Counted from the first letter of the stretch, positions 31,760 through 43,802 are shown. The stretch is 64,000 nucleotides of DNA from an uncultured Methanoregulaceae archaeon (GCA_963841015.1 CAWJAX010000002.1:320001-384000); one strand, 5' to 3'. Notes: generated by a model not told the origin, from the letters alone. Numbers and translations are program-made.

Positions 31760-32771
31760 ATGATAAAAAAGGGCTTGACAATTCTTATTGTTCTTGTGTG
31801 CATCTCCCTCTTTTGTGCAGGTCCGGCGTCTGCAGCTATCAACACTATCAGACAGGGTAATACCGTATTTATCGGTGAAGAAGGACTCGACATATCTGCA
31901 GCAATGGGGCCGGATACCAGCATTGGGTGGTGGGCTTCGGCTGCAGATATTTACACAACTTCGCCGACACAAACAATTGTTCTGACCGGCAGAATCACCA
32001 GTTTTACGGTCAGCCCAGCCGAGTTTGGTGGCTATGTTGGAAACTGGTACCGGCTCAACAGTACCCGGAAAAGCCGATGGGACAGCCTTCCTCGTTGCTG
32101 ATCCCCAGCTAGCATTTAAAGTTGAAGATAATTCCAGAGACGTTGATGTCGAACAGCTTAAATGGATTCCATCCGGAGACGATATACGGTTCAGGATTGA
32201 TACAAATCTGGCTCAGATAGCGTCACAGCGTTCTACACCCGCTCCCATCACCATAAAAGTGCAGTCACCGGATGGTGCGATCTACTCATCGTTACGTAAT
32301 GCAGGGGGAATGCCAACCTCAATCGTAGACATTCCCGTTAATACGCGCCCCTTTTATACAGGTTCTATCTGGAATATGGGCAATCCTGATGTCTATCCCC
32401 CGGGAACCTATACAATCTGGGCTGAAAGCAACATAAATAACATGAAAGATAATTACGAGGTTATTGGCAAAACGGTAAGCACACCTTTCAATCTGCTCAA
32501 CCAGGGTCAGAACCCGCTGATTACAAAAGCAACGACCATGGCAACTCAGATCACCAGGACACCAACGCAAACGTCTGTACCTGCAACAACGCAAATTCTG
32601 GTAAGCACAACCGTGGCAACACCTTTACCTACGGAACCTCTGACCACGTTACCCACAACGGCTTCTACTCAGGTCCCCCCACCCAGCCAGACTCAATCTC
32701 CGGGATTTGGACCAACCCTTGTGATTTCCGCGATCCTTTTCGGACTGGTTGCATTCCTCAGGAAAGGATAA
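31760..32771 (+). CDS. Exported surface protein (DUF3821-like) with Thr-rich linker and PGF-CTERM; frameshifted near 32065
   Basis: Signal peptide, TVFIGEEGLDI, Thr/Pro-rich tail, SPGF + TM + RK; removing one C joins the two ORFs. Confidence 0.78.
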
Positions 32772-32829
32772 TTATCTTGTTTTTTACCCCTTCGCAATCT
32801 TTTATTACCTCCGTTTCCCATTCCGGAGT

Positions 32830-33336
32830 ATGAACATTGTAACAACTGTGATAAAATCCCGCCATAGTGTACGGAATTTCAAACCCGATCCCGTGAATGA
32901 TCTGGTTATTAAAGATGCAATCGAATGTGCGGCTCATGCGCCTACTGCAATGAACCTCCAGCCATGGCTGTTTGGCGTCATCAAAAACAAGGATATGCTC
33001 AAAAAGATTGGCGAAACCACGGATCACGGGAAATTCATTGCCGATGCCCCGTTGTGCTTTGCAGTTTTCGGGGAAAAAAAGGAAAAATATTATCTCGAGG
33101 ACTGTTGTGCAGCCACGGAAAATCTCATCCTTGCTCTCCAGGCACATGGCATCAATTCCTGCTGGGTGGCGGGGGAAAAGAAGCAGTACTCCGAGACAAT
33201 CCGTTCACTGCTTGGAGTTCCGGAAAAATATACGCTGGTCTCTCTCGTTGCTGCAGGTTGTCCTTCAGAAATGACCATAGCAAAGAAGAAAGAAATAAAA
33301 CATATCATGTTTTTTGAGGAGTATAAAAAAGAATAA
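32830..33336 (+). CDS. Nitroreductase family protein
   Basis: [24 protein letters not shown]. Confidence 0.9.
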   Translation: MNIVTTVIKSRHSVRNFKPDPVNDLVIKDAIECAAHAPTAMNLQPWLFGVIKNKDMLKKIGETTDHGKFIADAPLCFAVFGEKKEKYYLEDCCAATENLILALQAHGINSCWVAGEKKQYSETIRSLLGVPEKYTLVSLVAAGCPSEMTIAKKKEIKHIMFFEEYKKE

Positions 33337-34242
33337 TTTTTTGGCTTTGTAGAATTCCTCAATGACGATCAGAACGAAGAACATGTCCAACAGTCTTGAG
33401 AGGTTATAGAGGATCACTTTAATCTTGATCTCCTTGATCTGGAGTCGGTATTTCCGAGCTTTGAGAGATTCCCCGAACTTTCTTTTTAAGACGGAGAACA
33501 CGGTTTCGACCTTATTTCTCTGATGATATTTTTTCTGATCAAATGACCGAGCGATTCTTCTTCGGTAATATCCGGAGATTCGTTTACGTTTTCTGTTTCT
33601 GACAGGAATAAGCGAACAAGACTTGAGGGTATCCCGAATCAATTCATGAATTTCTTCGGAATCATAGCCTTTATCCATGACATAGAGGTCAGATGGTCGG
33701 ATCCTGTGACATTGTATCAGGAGTTTTTCAGCGTGAGGAATATCGTGGATTGGATGCCGGGAGATCTTCAGACCGGTGATGATCTGTTGATCCGTGTCAA
33801 CCGAGATGGAAGTTTTCAGGAAACGTTTTCTCGTTTTACCGGTTCTCCAGGAATAATAATGGCTGGCATATGAACTGGTGAATCCGGATGAATCGATAGC
33901 AGTACACGGTATCTTCTCTCCCCAATCATAGAACATTTTCATGAGGCGGTTGAGTATTCTGGTGAAGGTGGAGGAGCGGATCCGTTGACAGAATTTGTGA
34001 ATCGTCGTAAAATGTGGTACTTCATCGAGATGGATCTTTTCCCGGAGTGATTCCATGATTTCAGTAAGTTCGACGGTGTCCCGGTAATCTTCAGACAGGT
34101 ACTCTTTCAGGAGAAGAAGAATGAGTAACTGGTGCTGGGTATAGATCTTTTTGGAATATTTTGATGAATACAACGGAATCCGGGAATCCCGGATCAAGCC
34201 AGAGGATAATTCAACAAACCTGATATACCGGTTTGCTGACAC
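33265..34242 (-). CDS. IS5-family DDE transposase
   Basis: [35 protein letters not shown]; GTG start with GGAGG RBS. Confidence 0.93.
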   Translation of the reverse strand: MSANRYIRFVELSSGLIRDSRIPLYSSKYSKKIYTQHQLLILLLLKEYLSEDYRDTVELTEIMESLREKIHLDEVPHFTTIHKFCQRIRSSTFTRILNRLMKMFYDWGEKIPCTAIDSSGFTSSYASHYYSWRTGKTRKRFLKTSISVDTDQQIITGLKISRHPIHDIPHAEKLLIQCHRIRPSDLYVMDKGYDSEEIHELIRDTLKSCSLIPVRNRKRKRISGYYRRRIARSFDQKKYHQRNKVETVFSVLKRKFGESLKARKYRLQIKEIKIKVILYNLSRLLDMFFVLIVIEEFYKAKKLFFFILLKKHDMFYFFLLCYGHF

Positions 34243-34349
34243 TATTCTGCCTCCTTATGGTTACTGAACATAACAAGGTAAGGAGGCGCCGTACCTTAGC
34301 TTTTGTGGTCAGATTTTTACTTCTGAAATCTTAGCATTTCTACAAAGCC
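33343..34349 (-). mobile_element. IS5-family (ISH1-group-like) insertion sequence, 1007 bp
   Basis: TIRs GGCTTTGTAGAA (33343-33354) / TTCTACAAAGCC (34338-34349); 8-bp TSD AATTTTTT at 33335-33342 and 34350-34357; single DDE transposase. Confidence 0.93.
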
Positions 34350-34488
34350 AATTTTTTTAACGATTATCCCCAGGTGGGAAGGATTCGATTGTTCTTTTCC
34401 CTGACAGGATTGAAGTACGGTTTTCATCTGCCAACAAATGAGTATTACCCAGTAATTATTAAGCATCCGGCAAGTCACATCATTGATC

Positions 34489-35776
34489 ATGAAAAAAGCG
34501 GTTCTGCAGGTTGCACTTGATATTCTTGAACTAAAAAGGGCGTTGCAGATCGCCCAGGAATCGCTTGACGGAGGTTCTGACTGGATTGAAATAGGGACAC
34601 CGCTGATTAAAAGTGAGGGGATGCAGGCAGTCCGATCGATGAGGGATCGTTTTCCAAATACCATACTTGTTGCAGATATGAAGATTGCCGATACAGGTAC
34701 CCTTGAGGTGGAGATGGCTGCAAAGGCAGGGGCTAATGTCGTATGCGTTCTTGCAGATGCAGACAACTCGGTGATTGAAGAGGCTGTGCGGGCTTCCCGT
34801 TTGTATGGAATACGGATAATGGCGGATCTGATCAATGTCAAAGATCCCGTATCCCGTGCACGTGAGCTTGAAGCATTGGGTATAGATATCCTTTGTGCCC
34901 ATGTTGGCATCGACCAGCAGATGATGGGTAAGAGTTCCTTTGACCTTCTTTTATCTCTGTCTGATCAGGTTCATATTCCTCTCGCAATTGCGGGAGGAAT
35001 TGACGCGGCAGGTGCCGGAGACGCGGTACAGTCGGGTGCGGATATTATTATCGTTGGAGGCTGGATTGTCCGGTCGGCAGATGTAACCGGATCTACAAAA
35101 AAGATTCGTTCATCAATGGATAATCCTTCGATCCAATCTATTGAAAAAAAATCACCTGATGAAGAAATTCGCTCCCTCCTCATGCAGGTATCTGCACCAA
35201 ATATCACTGATGCCATGCATCGGAAAGGTGCCATGTCTGGAATCGTTTCGATTTGCGGCAATGTAAAGATGGTGGGAAGGGCAGTAACCGTCCAGACATT
35301 TCCCGGGGACTGGGCAAAACCTGTAGAAGCCATTGATATTGCCAGAAAAAATGAAGTAATTGTGATCAATAACGATGGTGCGACCCATATAGCCCCCTGG
35401 GGAGAACTTGCCACACTTCAGCTGTGTGAAAAAAGGAATATCCGGTGTTGTCATTGATGGTGCAGTCCGGGATGTCGATGATATAAGAATAATGAAGTTC
35501 CCTCTGTTTGCAAAAGCTGTTGTGCCTAACGCGGGAGAGCCCAAGGGATTCGGTGAGATCAATGCGGAAATTCAGTGTGGAGGCCAGTATGTCCGTCCCG
35601 GTGACTGGATTGTAGGAGATGAAAGTGGCGTGGTTGTGATCCCCGGTGAGCGGGCGTATGAAATTGCACGAAGGGCTTTAGAGGTCAGGAAAAATGAAGA
35701 AAGGATCCGGGAAGAGATTCGCAGGGGAAGCACTCTTTCTGAAGTTGCAGAATTGATAAAATGGGAAAAGAAGTGA
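34489..35776 (+). CDS. hps: 3-hexulose-6-phosphate synthase fused to RraA/HMG-aldolase-like domain; frameshifted near 35418
   Basis: [30 protein letters not shown]; RraA motifs WGEL, DGAVRD, GDESGVV split over two frames. Confidence 0.85.
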
Positions 35777-35786
35777 AAATAATGGA

Positions 35787-36221
35787 TCAGTGAAACACCG
35801 AGCGCTCCAAAAGGGTGGCACCTGAATTCCTGATCTTTTGTATTGCCTCTTCAACCTGGTCAACACGGAGAATAAGCACGGCCCCTTCTTTCCCTGAATA
35901 GGCATAGGAATATTCGATATTAACCCCGGCGTCTCCAAGAATCTTTGCAACCTCATACAGTCCGCCCGGCTGGTCTTTCATTCGAACTGCGATCACATCG
36001 GTGAACGCGACATTAAATCCAAGAGATAATAGTTTGTCATGGGCTCTTTCAGGGTGATCCACAAGTGCCCTGACTACCCCAAATCCATTTGCTTCGGCGA
36101 TACTGAAAGCAAGAATATTGATCTTTTCCTCTCCCAAGGCATGCGCTATTGCTGCAAGACGTCCCGGGCGGTTTTCAGAAAATATCGAAATCTGCCTGAT
36201 AACATACTTTTGTGTGTCCAT
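35787..36221 (-). CDS. ACT-domain protein
   Basis: QISIFSENRPGRL, DQPGGL, NIEYSY; typical paaK neighbour. Confidence 0.9.
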   Translation of the reverse strand: MDTQKYVIRQISIFSENRPGRLAAIAHALGEEKINILAFSIAEANGFGVVRALVDHPERAHDKLLSLGFNVAFTDVIAVRMKDQPGGLYEVAKILGDAGVNIEYSYAYSGKEGAVLILRVDQVEEAIQKIRNSGATLLERSVFH

Positions 36222-37523
36222 TTACAACGACCTCTTGTCCACAACTCTTTTTGCTTTTCCTTCAAATCTGGGTAAAGAACCCGGTTCAACGAGTTCAACA
36301 TTGGCATTCACATTCAATGAGTTCCTGAGGCGGTGCTCTACTTTCTGCCGAATATGCATAAGATCATTGATTTTATCACTGAATGATCCCTTGGTCAACT
36401 CGACACGGACCAGCATATCATCAAGGGCTCCTTTCCGCTCAACCACAATCTGGAAATGCTGACCTACCTCAGGAATTCCCATCAGGGCATACTCAACCTG
36501 GGAGGGAAACACATTGATACCCCGTATGATTAACATGTCATCTACCCTCCCTTGTATTCTCTGGATTCTCGGATGTGTCCTGCCGCAGGAGCAGATGTCA
36601 CTCTCCATTGTCGTTATATCTCCGATGCGATACCGGATCATCGGAAGTGCTTCTTTCTGGAGGATGGTAATCGTGAGTTCACCTTTTTGTCCGGGTTCAA
36701 GAGGCTCTCCTGTCTGGGGATCGACAATTTCGACAAGGGCAATATCTGACCAGATATGAAATCCTTTTTGCTCCTTGCATTCGGTAAACATTGGTCCCGA
36801 AAGTTCACTTGTACCATAGATATCATATGCCTTAATTCCCAGCCAGTCTTCGATCCGGGTGCGCATTCCTTCTGTCCAGGGTTCAGCTCCCAGAATTCCC
36901 GTCCGGAGTTTTGTATCTTTTTTAAGATCAACACCCATTTTTTCTGCAACCTCGCCAATATGGAGGAGGTAAGAAGGTGTGCAGGCAATCGCTGTTGCAC
37001 CGAGGTCCTGCATCAGTTCAACCTGGCGTTCGGTGTTTCCCACGCTGGTCGGTAATACAGTTGCACCAATACGTTCTGCCCCGTAATGCATCCCAAGTCC
37101 CCCGGTGAACAGACCATACCCGTAACTTACCTGGATCACATCTCCCCTGCCAAGTCCAATTGAGGTCAGGGCACGGGCAAGTGAAGTTGTCCATGTATTC
37201 AGGTCATTCTGGGTATAACCAACGACTGTCGGTTTCCCGGTAGTACCGGACGATACATGATATCGGACCAGGTCCTCCTGGGTTGAAGTAAAGATTTTAT
37301 CAGGGTAATTGTCGCGGAGGTCACGCTTGAACATGAACGGGAGTTTCTTAACATCGGATAACTCGCGGATGTCATCCGGGTGGACCTTCTGTTCTTTCAT
37401 CCTGTCATGGTAAAAAGGTGAAAAACTGTAAAGCCGGTAGACAAGACTTTTTAACAGTTTATACTGCATTCTCTGGAGATCTTCTTTTGGCATCTCCTCG
37501 ATTCGTGGATCCCAGCTCTTCAT
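36222..37523 (-). CDS. paaK: Phenylacetate-CoA ligase family protein
   Basis: SSGTTGKP, GLFTGG, GAEPW, YGTSE, RYRIGD, GRVDDML. Confidence 0.9.
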   Translation of the reverse strand: MKSWDPRIEEMPKEDLQRMQYKLLKSLVYRLYSFSPFYHDRMKEQKVHPDDIRELSDVKKLPFMFKRDLRDNYPDKIFTSTQEDLVRYHVSSGTTGKPTVVGYTQNDLNTWTTSLARALTSIGLGRGDVIQVSYGYGLFTGGLGMHYGAERIGATVLPTSVGNTERQVELMQDLGATAIACTPSYLLHIGEVAEKMGVDLKKDTKLRTGILGAEPWTEGMRTRIEDWLGIKAYDIYGTSELSGPMFTECKEQKGFHIWSDIALVEIVDPQTGEPLEPGQKGELTITILQKEALPMIRYRIGDITTMESDICSCGRTHPRIQRIQGRVDDMLIIRGINVFPSQVEYALMGIPEVGQHFQIVVERKGALDDMLVRVELTKGSFSDKINDLMHIRQKVEHRLRNSLNVNANVELVEPGSLPRFEGKAKRVVDKRSL

Positions 37524-38812
37524 TATACTGCCTCTCTTCGATCAATCACTCTCTTTGCCTTTCCTTCAAACCGTGGAAGTGACCCCGGCTCAACAAGTTT
37601 AACGGTTGTCCTGAGCTCGAGTGCATCCCGAAGTTCCTTTACAACTTTTTTCTGGAGTCTTGCAAGATCCGCAAGTTCCCCGCTGAAATACTCGCGGTTG
37701 ATCTCAACTTCGACGGTCATCTCATCCAGATGATTAATTCTGTCGATATATACCATAAACTGATTGCCTACCTCGGGTATTTTAAGAAGGATATGTTCTA
37801 TCTGGGACGGGAACACGTTGATTCCGCGGATTACCAGCATATCATCACTTCTCCCCGTGATTCTCGCAATTTTTTGTCCCCGTCTGCATAAACAACCGTC
37901 TTCCATCTTTACGGTAATATCTCCCGTGCGGTAACGGAGCAGCGGCATTGCTTCCTTGACCAGCGGGGTTACCACCAGTTCACCACGTTCACCCTCTGAT
38001 ACTTGTTCTCCGGTCCTAGGATCGATAATCTCGACAAGGAAACAATCATGCCAGATATGAAGCCCGTCTCGTTCAGGACATTCGAATGCGACACCGGGAC
38101 CAAAAAGCTCGCTTAAACCATAAGAATCATAGGCAGTTAGTCCGAGTCTTTTTTCAAGCATGTGACGTGTACTTTCCGACCAGGGTTCTGCGCCAAAAAT
38201 ACCCGTCCGGAGTGTATCGAGTGACGCCCCCATCTCTTCTGCTACTTCAGAGAGGTGCATTGCATAACTGGGTGTACAATGGATAGCAGTCACCCCGAAA
38301 TCCATGATCATTTCGATCTGGCGTTTTGTATTACCTGTAGCGCTTGGAATCACCGTCATACCAATTTTTTCTGCCCCATAATGAAAACCGAGACCTCCGG
38401 TGAACATGCCATAATTCACCATATTCTGGAAGATATCATTTTCACCAACACCCACCATAGTCATGTTCCGTGCAATGAGATTTGCCCACGTGTCAATGTC
38501 TTTTTGAGTGTAACCAACAACGGTTGGTTTTCCCGTTGTTCCGGATGTTGTATGAATCCGTACGATTTTTTTCATAGGAACAGCTAAGAAACCGAATGGA
38601 TATCCCCCCCTGAGATCCTGTTTTTTGGTAAAAGGGATTTTCCGGATATCCTCCAGTGTTTTGATGGATGATAGTTTCACGCCAGCATCTGAGAGAAGAT
38701 TCCGGTAAAACGCAACGTGCTGTACCTGGCTGATTGTTGTTTTCAGACGTTTGAGTTGAAGAGCCTCCAATTCACGAGGGTTCATTGTTTCTATCTTCTT
38801 ATCCCAGAACAT
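37523..38812 (-). CDS. paaK: Phenylacetate-CoA ligase family protein (tandem paralogue)
   Basis: TSGTTGKP, GAEPW, YGLSE, RYRTGD, GRSDDML. Confidence 0.9.
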   Translation of the reverse strand: MFWDKKIETMNPRELEALQLKRLKTTISQVQHVAFYRNLLSDAGVKLSSIKTLEDIRKIPFTKKQDLRGGYPFGFLAVPMKKIVRIHTTSGTTGKPTVVGYTQKDIDTWANLIARNMTMVGVGENDIFQNMVNYGMFTGGLGFHYGAEKIGMTVIPSATGNTKRQIEMIMDFGVTAIHCTPSYAMHLSEVAEEMGASLDTLRTGIFGAEPWSESTRHMLEKRLGLTAYDSYGLSELFGPGVAFECPERDGLHIWHDCFLVEIIDPRTGEQVSEGERGELVVTPLVKEAMPLLRYRTGDITVKMEDGCLCRRGQKIARITGRSDDMLVIRGINVFPSQIEHILLKIPEVGNQFMVYIDRINHLDEMTVEVEINREYFSGELADLARLQKKVVKELRDALELRTTVKLVEPGSLPRFEGKAKRVIDRREAV

Positions 38813-39029
38813 ATACTGCCCCTGTTATGCTATTGCATGACAGAGAATATATGGTGTTTTTAACTCTTTAAATTCACCGAATTTATGTAAACAACATTCA
38901 TAGGAAACTCTCCTTAAAAAAATTGGTGAAATTCAGCCTGGAATTGATGTTGGCTGAAAAAACGATGAATTAATCAGGAAGAAATAGCGTAGTAATTAGA
39001 TTAGTAGAAAAATATTTTTTTTGAGGTGG

Positions 39030-39938
39030 ATGGTGACTGATTATCCCTGGTTGTTGGTGAGCGGATTTGGTGTCCATATAAAATCCACCCAGAAAAAACT
39101 GATTATTCAGAAAAAAAAAGGTGTCGAGGAATATCCTCTTGAATCGGTAAAAAACCTGCTTGTTATGGGAGGCCACACCATCAGCTCGTCAACGATTGTA
39201 AATCTTGTGAAAAATGGTGCATTTATATCATTTTTTGAACCCGATGGCAATCCAATAGGAATTATCCGACCCTTTGGAGATCGGAGTGATACGGAGATTT
39301 ACAGAATACAGCAGGCTATCCCCCGACATCGATATGCTATTACCCTTGCACAAACAGCAATAAAATCCCGTCTCTTTGCGATTCAATATGTTCAGGAAAA
39401 CCAGAATATTCACCTGTTTTATGAAGGTGAACAGGAATTTCTTCATAAAGCTCAGGAGGAACTTCAGTATTTAATCAAACTGGATGAAATACAAAGATTA
39501 CACCGGCTTACTTCAGATATGTATTACGAGATAATGTCACGGAATACCCCTCCGGATTTCGGATTCCGGAGGAGAACAATACGGCCCCAGTCAGATCCAA
39601 TCAACGCAATGCTTTCATTCGGGTACGCGATGTTGTTTGGAAATTGTTGCGTCTCTCTTATTGGAGCCCGACTGGACCCGGATTATGGCTTGATATATGA
39701 AGGGAAAGGGTGCCTTGTACAGGATCTCATTGACCCTCTTAAAGCTGGAATGATTGATGGTGTAGTATTTCAGATAGCAAGAAATTCTCTCTCAACCTTG
39801 GATTATGAACTGACGCCAAACAGGTGCATACTCTCAGATGAACTTATACAACAGCTGATTGGATTATTTCATTCCTCAATAAATACTGAAAAAATTGATG
39901 AACTGGTATTCAGACTTCTCTCAAGCGATCACCAATAA
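39030..39938 (+). CDS. cas1: Stand-alone Cas1 homologue (Cas1-solo), probably catalytically degenerate
   Basis: N-terminal beta domain (LIIQ..YPLE..GGHTISS), FGFRRR..DPINAMLSFGYAML, LDP..G, LVQDLIDP; no cas2 or array in window. Confidence 0.85.
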   Translation: MVTDYPWLLVSGFGVHIKSTQKKLIIQKKKGVEEYPLESVKNLLVMGGHTISSSTIVNLVKNGAFISFFEPDGNPIGIIRPFGDRSDTEIYRIQQAIPRHRYAITLAQTAIKSRLFAIQYVQENQNIHLFYEGEQEFLHKAQEELQYLIKLDEIQRLHRLTSDMYYEIMSRNTPPDFGFRRRTIRPQSDPINAMLSFGYAMLFGNCCVSLIGARLDPDYGLIYEGKGCLVQDLIDPLKAGMIDGVVFQIARNSLSTLDYELTPNRCILSDELIQQLIGLFHSSINTEKIDELVFRLLSSDHQ

Positions 39939-40244
39939 CGGTGAATTCAGAGTCCGGGTACTGAGCCGCCCTTCTCCTTTAATGATTGAAAAGTCATTAA
40001 AAGTCATAAAAGAAATATCAGAGGTTCGTAAATCACGGATGACTGCACGTGGACAGCTATAAATCATTGAAATAAACTTTTCAAGAATCATTGACTCCGC
40101 GGATGCATAGATATGAACTCTTCCATCGGGAAGATTTATGACCGTCCCGGTAACATGTAAATCGGTTGCAATCCTTCTCACACATGCCCTGAATCCAACT
40201 TTTTGAACTCTCCCGCTGATAAAAATTTCAACGGTTTTCACCAT
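39921..40244 (-). CDS. acyP: Acylphosphatase
   Basis: ISGRVQKVGFRA, GTVINLPDGRV (catalytic Arg and Asn present). Confidence 0.88.
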   Translation of the reverse strand: MVKTVEIFISGRVQKVGFRACVRRIATDLHVTGTVINLPDGRVHIYASAESMILEKFISMIYSCPRAVIRDLRTSDISFMTFNDFSIIKGEGRLSTRTLNSPLLVIA

Positions 40245-43200
40245 TACAACCCCTGCATAAGTTTAATTGCAAGACCAAGCTCGTCAAAAACCTCATCGCG
40301 AAGGGATGACTGACGGATATTCGTTGCAGCGTCAATTGCAAGATCAAGAACCTCCTGTGCCGTCTTCTCAGAACCAGCTGCATGGATCTTCATGGCTATA
40401 TCACACATGATAAAAGCTCTTCGGGAAAGCGGTCGGATTATCCGTGCCTCTTTTATAGCATTTTGTAGCAGGCGGTTGAATATTTTCTCCGCCCCCACTT
40501 TTCTGAACAGTAGTGCGATATCACAGAAAAGAATCGCTCCTTTTCCACGATCCGCTACAGAACGGATCAATTTTTCCAGAGAAGTGATCTGGTTCGGATG
40601 GGCGCCATCTTCAATTATTTTTTCAACAAGAACCTTGATTTTTTCATATTGAGCAGGTATTTCGTAGGTATCTTTAAGTCCCATCTGCGTGAGGCGATGG
40701 AGCCGTATCTCGTCATTTTCAATTGTTTTTGTAACTTCTTTTGCATATTGCTGGTATTTTGTGTTGTTGTGCTTGTGATAGAGCACAATGTACATCTGAG
40801 CAATTTTATCACGAATTGTATCAGCAATCTGTGGAATGTTTATTTTTCTGGTTAATGCATCCGCTTTCTTAAGCAAAATCACCGGGGTGTCGTCATCGCT
40901 GTTTTGTAGTGCAAGCGGGATGATATCAAGAAGGGCTGATGCTTTTTCATAGGGCGAAGGAATTCTTTCGACAGCTTCTGACATGCGGGTTACTATTGTT
41001 TTACCTCGATCCCTGTCATTACTGGTCATACTGAAAACTGCAATAAGTGAATCTACATAGTCAACAGGTTCGGTGATTTTTGATGAAACCTGTAAAGCAA
41101 CATCGAACAATTTGTTGTCCGGCTCAATGACGTTCATCTGGACAATTGCCAATACAATCTGTTTGCTTGCCATCGCATTTTTGTCATCCTCAACATTGCG
41201 TAATCGTTCAATTCCCTGTTCAAGGCATTTTTTTGCTTTTTGTGGATCGATAGTACTAAACAGCAGTGTAAGATCAGCGAGGATGAGAACTTTTTTGTAT
41301 TCAGCAGGAATTTTTTGGAGTGAATGGCAGACATCGTTTAAAATTTCCCGTGCATGATCGAAATCGTGCAATTTGATGTACGTTTCTGCAAGATTGCACA
41401 TCCCTGAAAGTTCCATATAGGGATCATTAATCAGCTGGAGATAGCGGAAAATCAGAACAATCATGAGCGGATTTGATGTCGAGTGCTCATTTCTCTGAAG
41501 GAGAAATGCCATAATCTCGTAAGGATCAGTTGAGTCCGGATACGTGACACTGTAGTTAAGATTTGAAATGATCCGGGACATCATGGCGTCTCTTTCCAGA
41601 GGATTTTCGATTTCAACAGCGTACATTGCCAGTGGTATAATATAATCCGGGTTGTCGCTGACAGATGAATATGAAATAAGAATATCAATCATCCCTGCGA
41701 TCTTCAGCGATATTCGTGGTTTTTTAACAGTTTCTTTTATTATCGATAATCCTCGTTCAAACGGGTATATTTCTGATGAAAAAACCTCTGTATCTGTATG
41801 TGATTTTGGCTCTTTTAAGAGGATACACCCAATTTTTACGAAACACTCGGCAATTCTCCCAAATTGTTGGGTTTTTAACCCGGGATCGCCGATGTCTTTT
41901 GCGATTTTATACGCTTGTTCAAGTGCAGAGGGAGAATGTTTATCGATTGCATATTGTATTACCCCATCAATTATATTCACCATCGCATTTTCTGCGAGAT
42001 TTTTTTCAAGTAAGGAGTTGATCCATTCTTTCATCCTGAGGAGAAGGTCCAGATCCCCTTGTTGTGCGGCAAAAATTGAAGCTTCATCGATTATTCCGCT
42101 CAGTGCTGAAGAACGGATGTCCTGACCGTTAATATCGCAAGTGAGACCTACCGCTCTTTGGAGATAGTCGCGGTTTTTTATTTTTACCCCGATTTTTGCT
42201 ATTTGGAGGGCAATGTTTGCAATCGCTTCTTCCTTAAGGTGGTGTTCCTTGATGAATTCGGCCATTCGTATCAGAATGTATGGATCATGTAATGCCAGAA
42301 ATCCCCGGTTGATGAGAATGGTAATACTTTCGAGAAGCAGGTGGTCCTGCAGAGGATGCAGGCGGATGAGGTCGGTAATAGAATGAATGTGAGAAATTAT
42401 ATCATTAAACGGGTCATCCGTGCTTAATTCTATGATTGCCCGATTAATTGATTTATGTACAATCTCTTCGTTCAATTGTTTGAGGATCATCTCGTTGACC
42501 AATGGGATACTATGCCGAAAAACTCCGGTTTTAAGCATGTGGGTGAGGTTGTCTTCATATTGGGGAAGATTTTCTGTCTCGTGGCTGATTTTTTTAAATA
42601 TCCCGATTGCAGAGTTAAAATCCCCGTAGGAAAGCATGATCTGGGAAAATTGAAGGTAGATTCTTGATATAACAACCGGATTGCTGTGTTTATCGATAAT
42701 GGGAATCAGATCCGAGAGAACATGCATATTGTTTGAATGTTTGGCAACAGAAATGCCCGCCCTGACCAGTTCCCTGAGTGGGTAAGCCTCGGTATTTAAA
42801 AAAAGACTGATGTAGGTTTATGGCAGAGGAGAGGTACCATAATTCTCCTGACAGTTCTGCTTTTTTAAGAAGATCGATAACAAGCGTATTGGTGACAAAA
42901 GGTAGTTTTTCACAAAGAGTCTCAATGAGAGTGATAATATGGACTTTATCCTTTTCCCGATCCAGGAGCTGTTCTGTCAGGGCATTCACAATTTCAAGTT
43001 GTATTTCAGGTGAAAGGGCCTCAAAATTTTGTATAAAGAGTGAAATATCCAGTATTTCTTTTCCGAAAACAGATTTCACTCCCTTTTCAATAATCGCTGA
43101 AATACATGCCTGTCTTCGGATCTTCTGATGGATTTTGCATGCACTTTGGATACTGTCAATGAATAAAATACGGTTTTTTTCGAGAATGGCAACAGTTGCC

Positions 43201-43802
43201 AATGCTTTTGCAAGTTCTGCATGCAATACTGCACGTTTTGAAATATCACTGATCTCCTCAATGATATGGTGTGATTGATAGAGGAGTTTTTCATCATGGG
43301 TTGTAATCGCCCAATCAATCAGAAGAGGAATAATATCGATCATGATATCCGATCGATATTTCTGGAAACTGATCCGTTCGAGCAGGATTATACCATGATC
43401 AATAAATTCCGCATTGGATTCATGAACACCGGCGCTGATAAGAGCCTGTGCCATCATGGCAATTACCCGGGACTGATGACTTTTTTTATTTAGCCTTTCC
43501 GACAGCACATAAACAGATTTTAACCATTTCTCATTCTTGGTTATAATGAATTGGTGAACTATCTGCGAGAACAAGTCATCAATTTCACTACTTGGGAGAT
43601 CCGGTAGAGCAAGTAACAGTTCAGGTTTATTTTTTTTAATTGCGGTAGTCGTGATTGATTTGTTAATGTCTTTAATGAGGGTTTTTTGTGCCCTTTTTCC
43701 TTTTTCCTGATGTATTTCTGCTATACTACTCTCTATAATTTTCCAGTCTTCAGCTGATAGTGCCTGCTGGACCTTTTTGACAATTTCGGTAGTGTTGACC
43801 AT
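40244..43802 (-). CDS. Large (~1180 aa) alpha-helical repeat protein, split by frameshift at A7 run 42798-42804
   Basis: ORFs 42690-43802 and 40244-42727 join on removing one base; recurring A..I....R..AL..IA helical repeats. Confidence 0.7.

Noticed and set aside
22604-42804. Frameshifts at 22604-22610 (G7), ~32065 (CCC), ~35418 (TT), 42798-42804 (A7), and probably 39909 and 39956 (cas1/acyP ends), read as programmed frameshifting, phase variation or pseudogenes
   Set aside because: All are single-base indels in short homopolymers within otherwise intact genes of unrelated function, the pattern expected from long-read assembly errors
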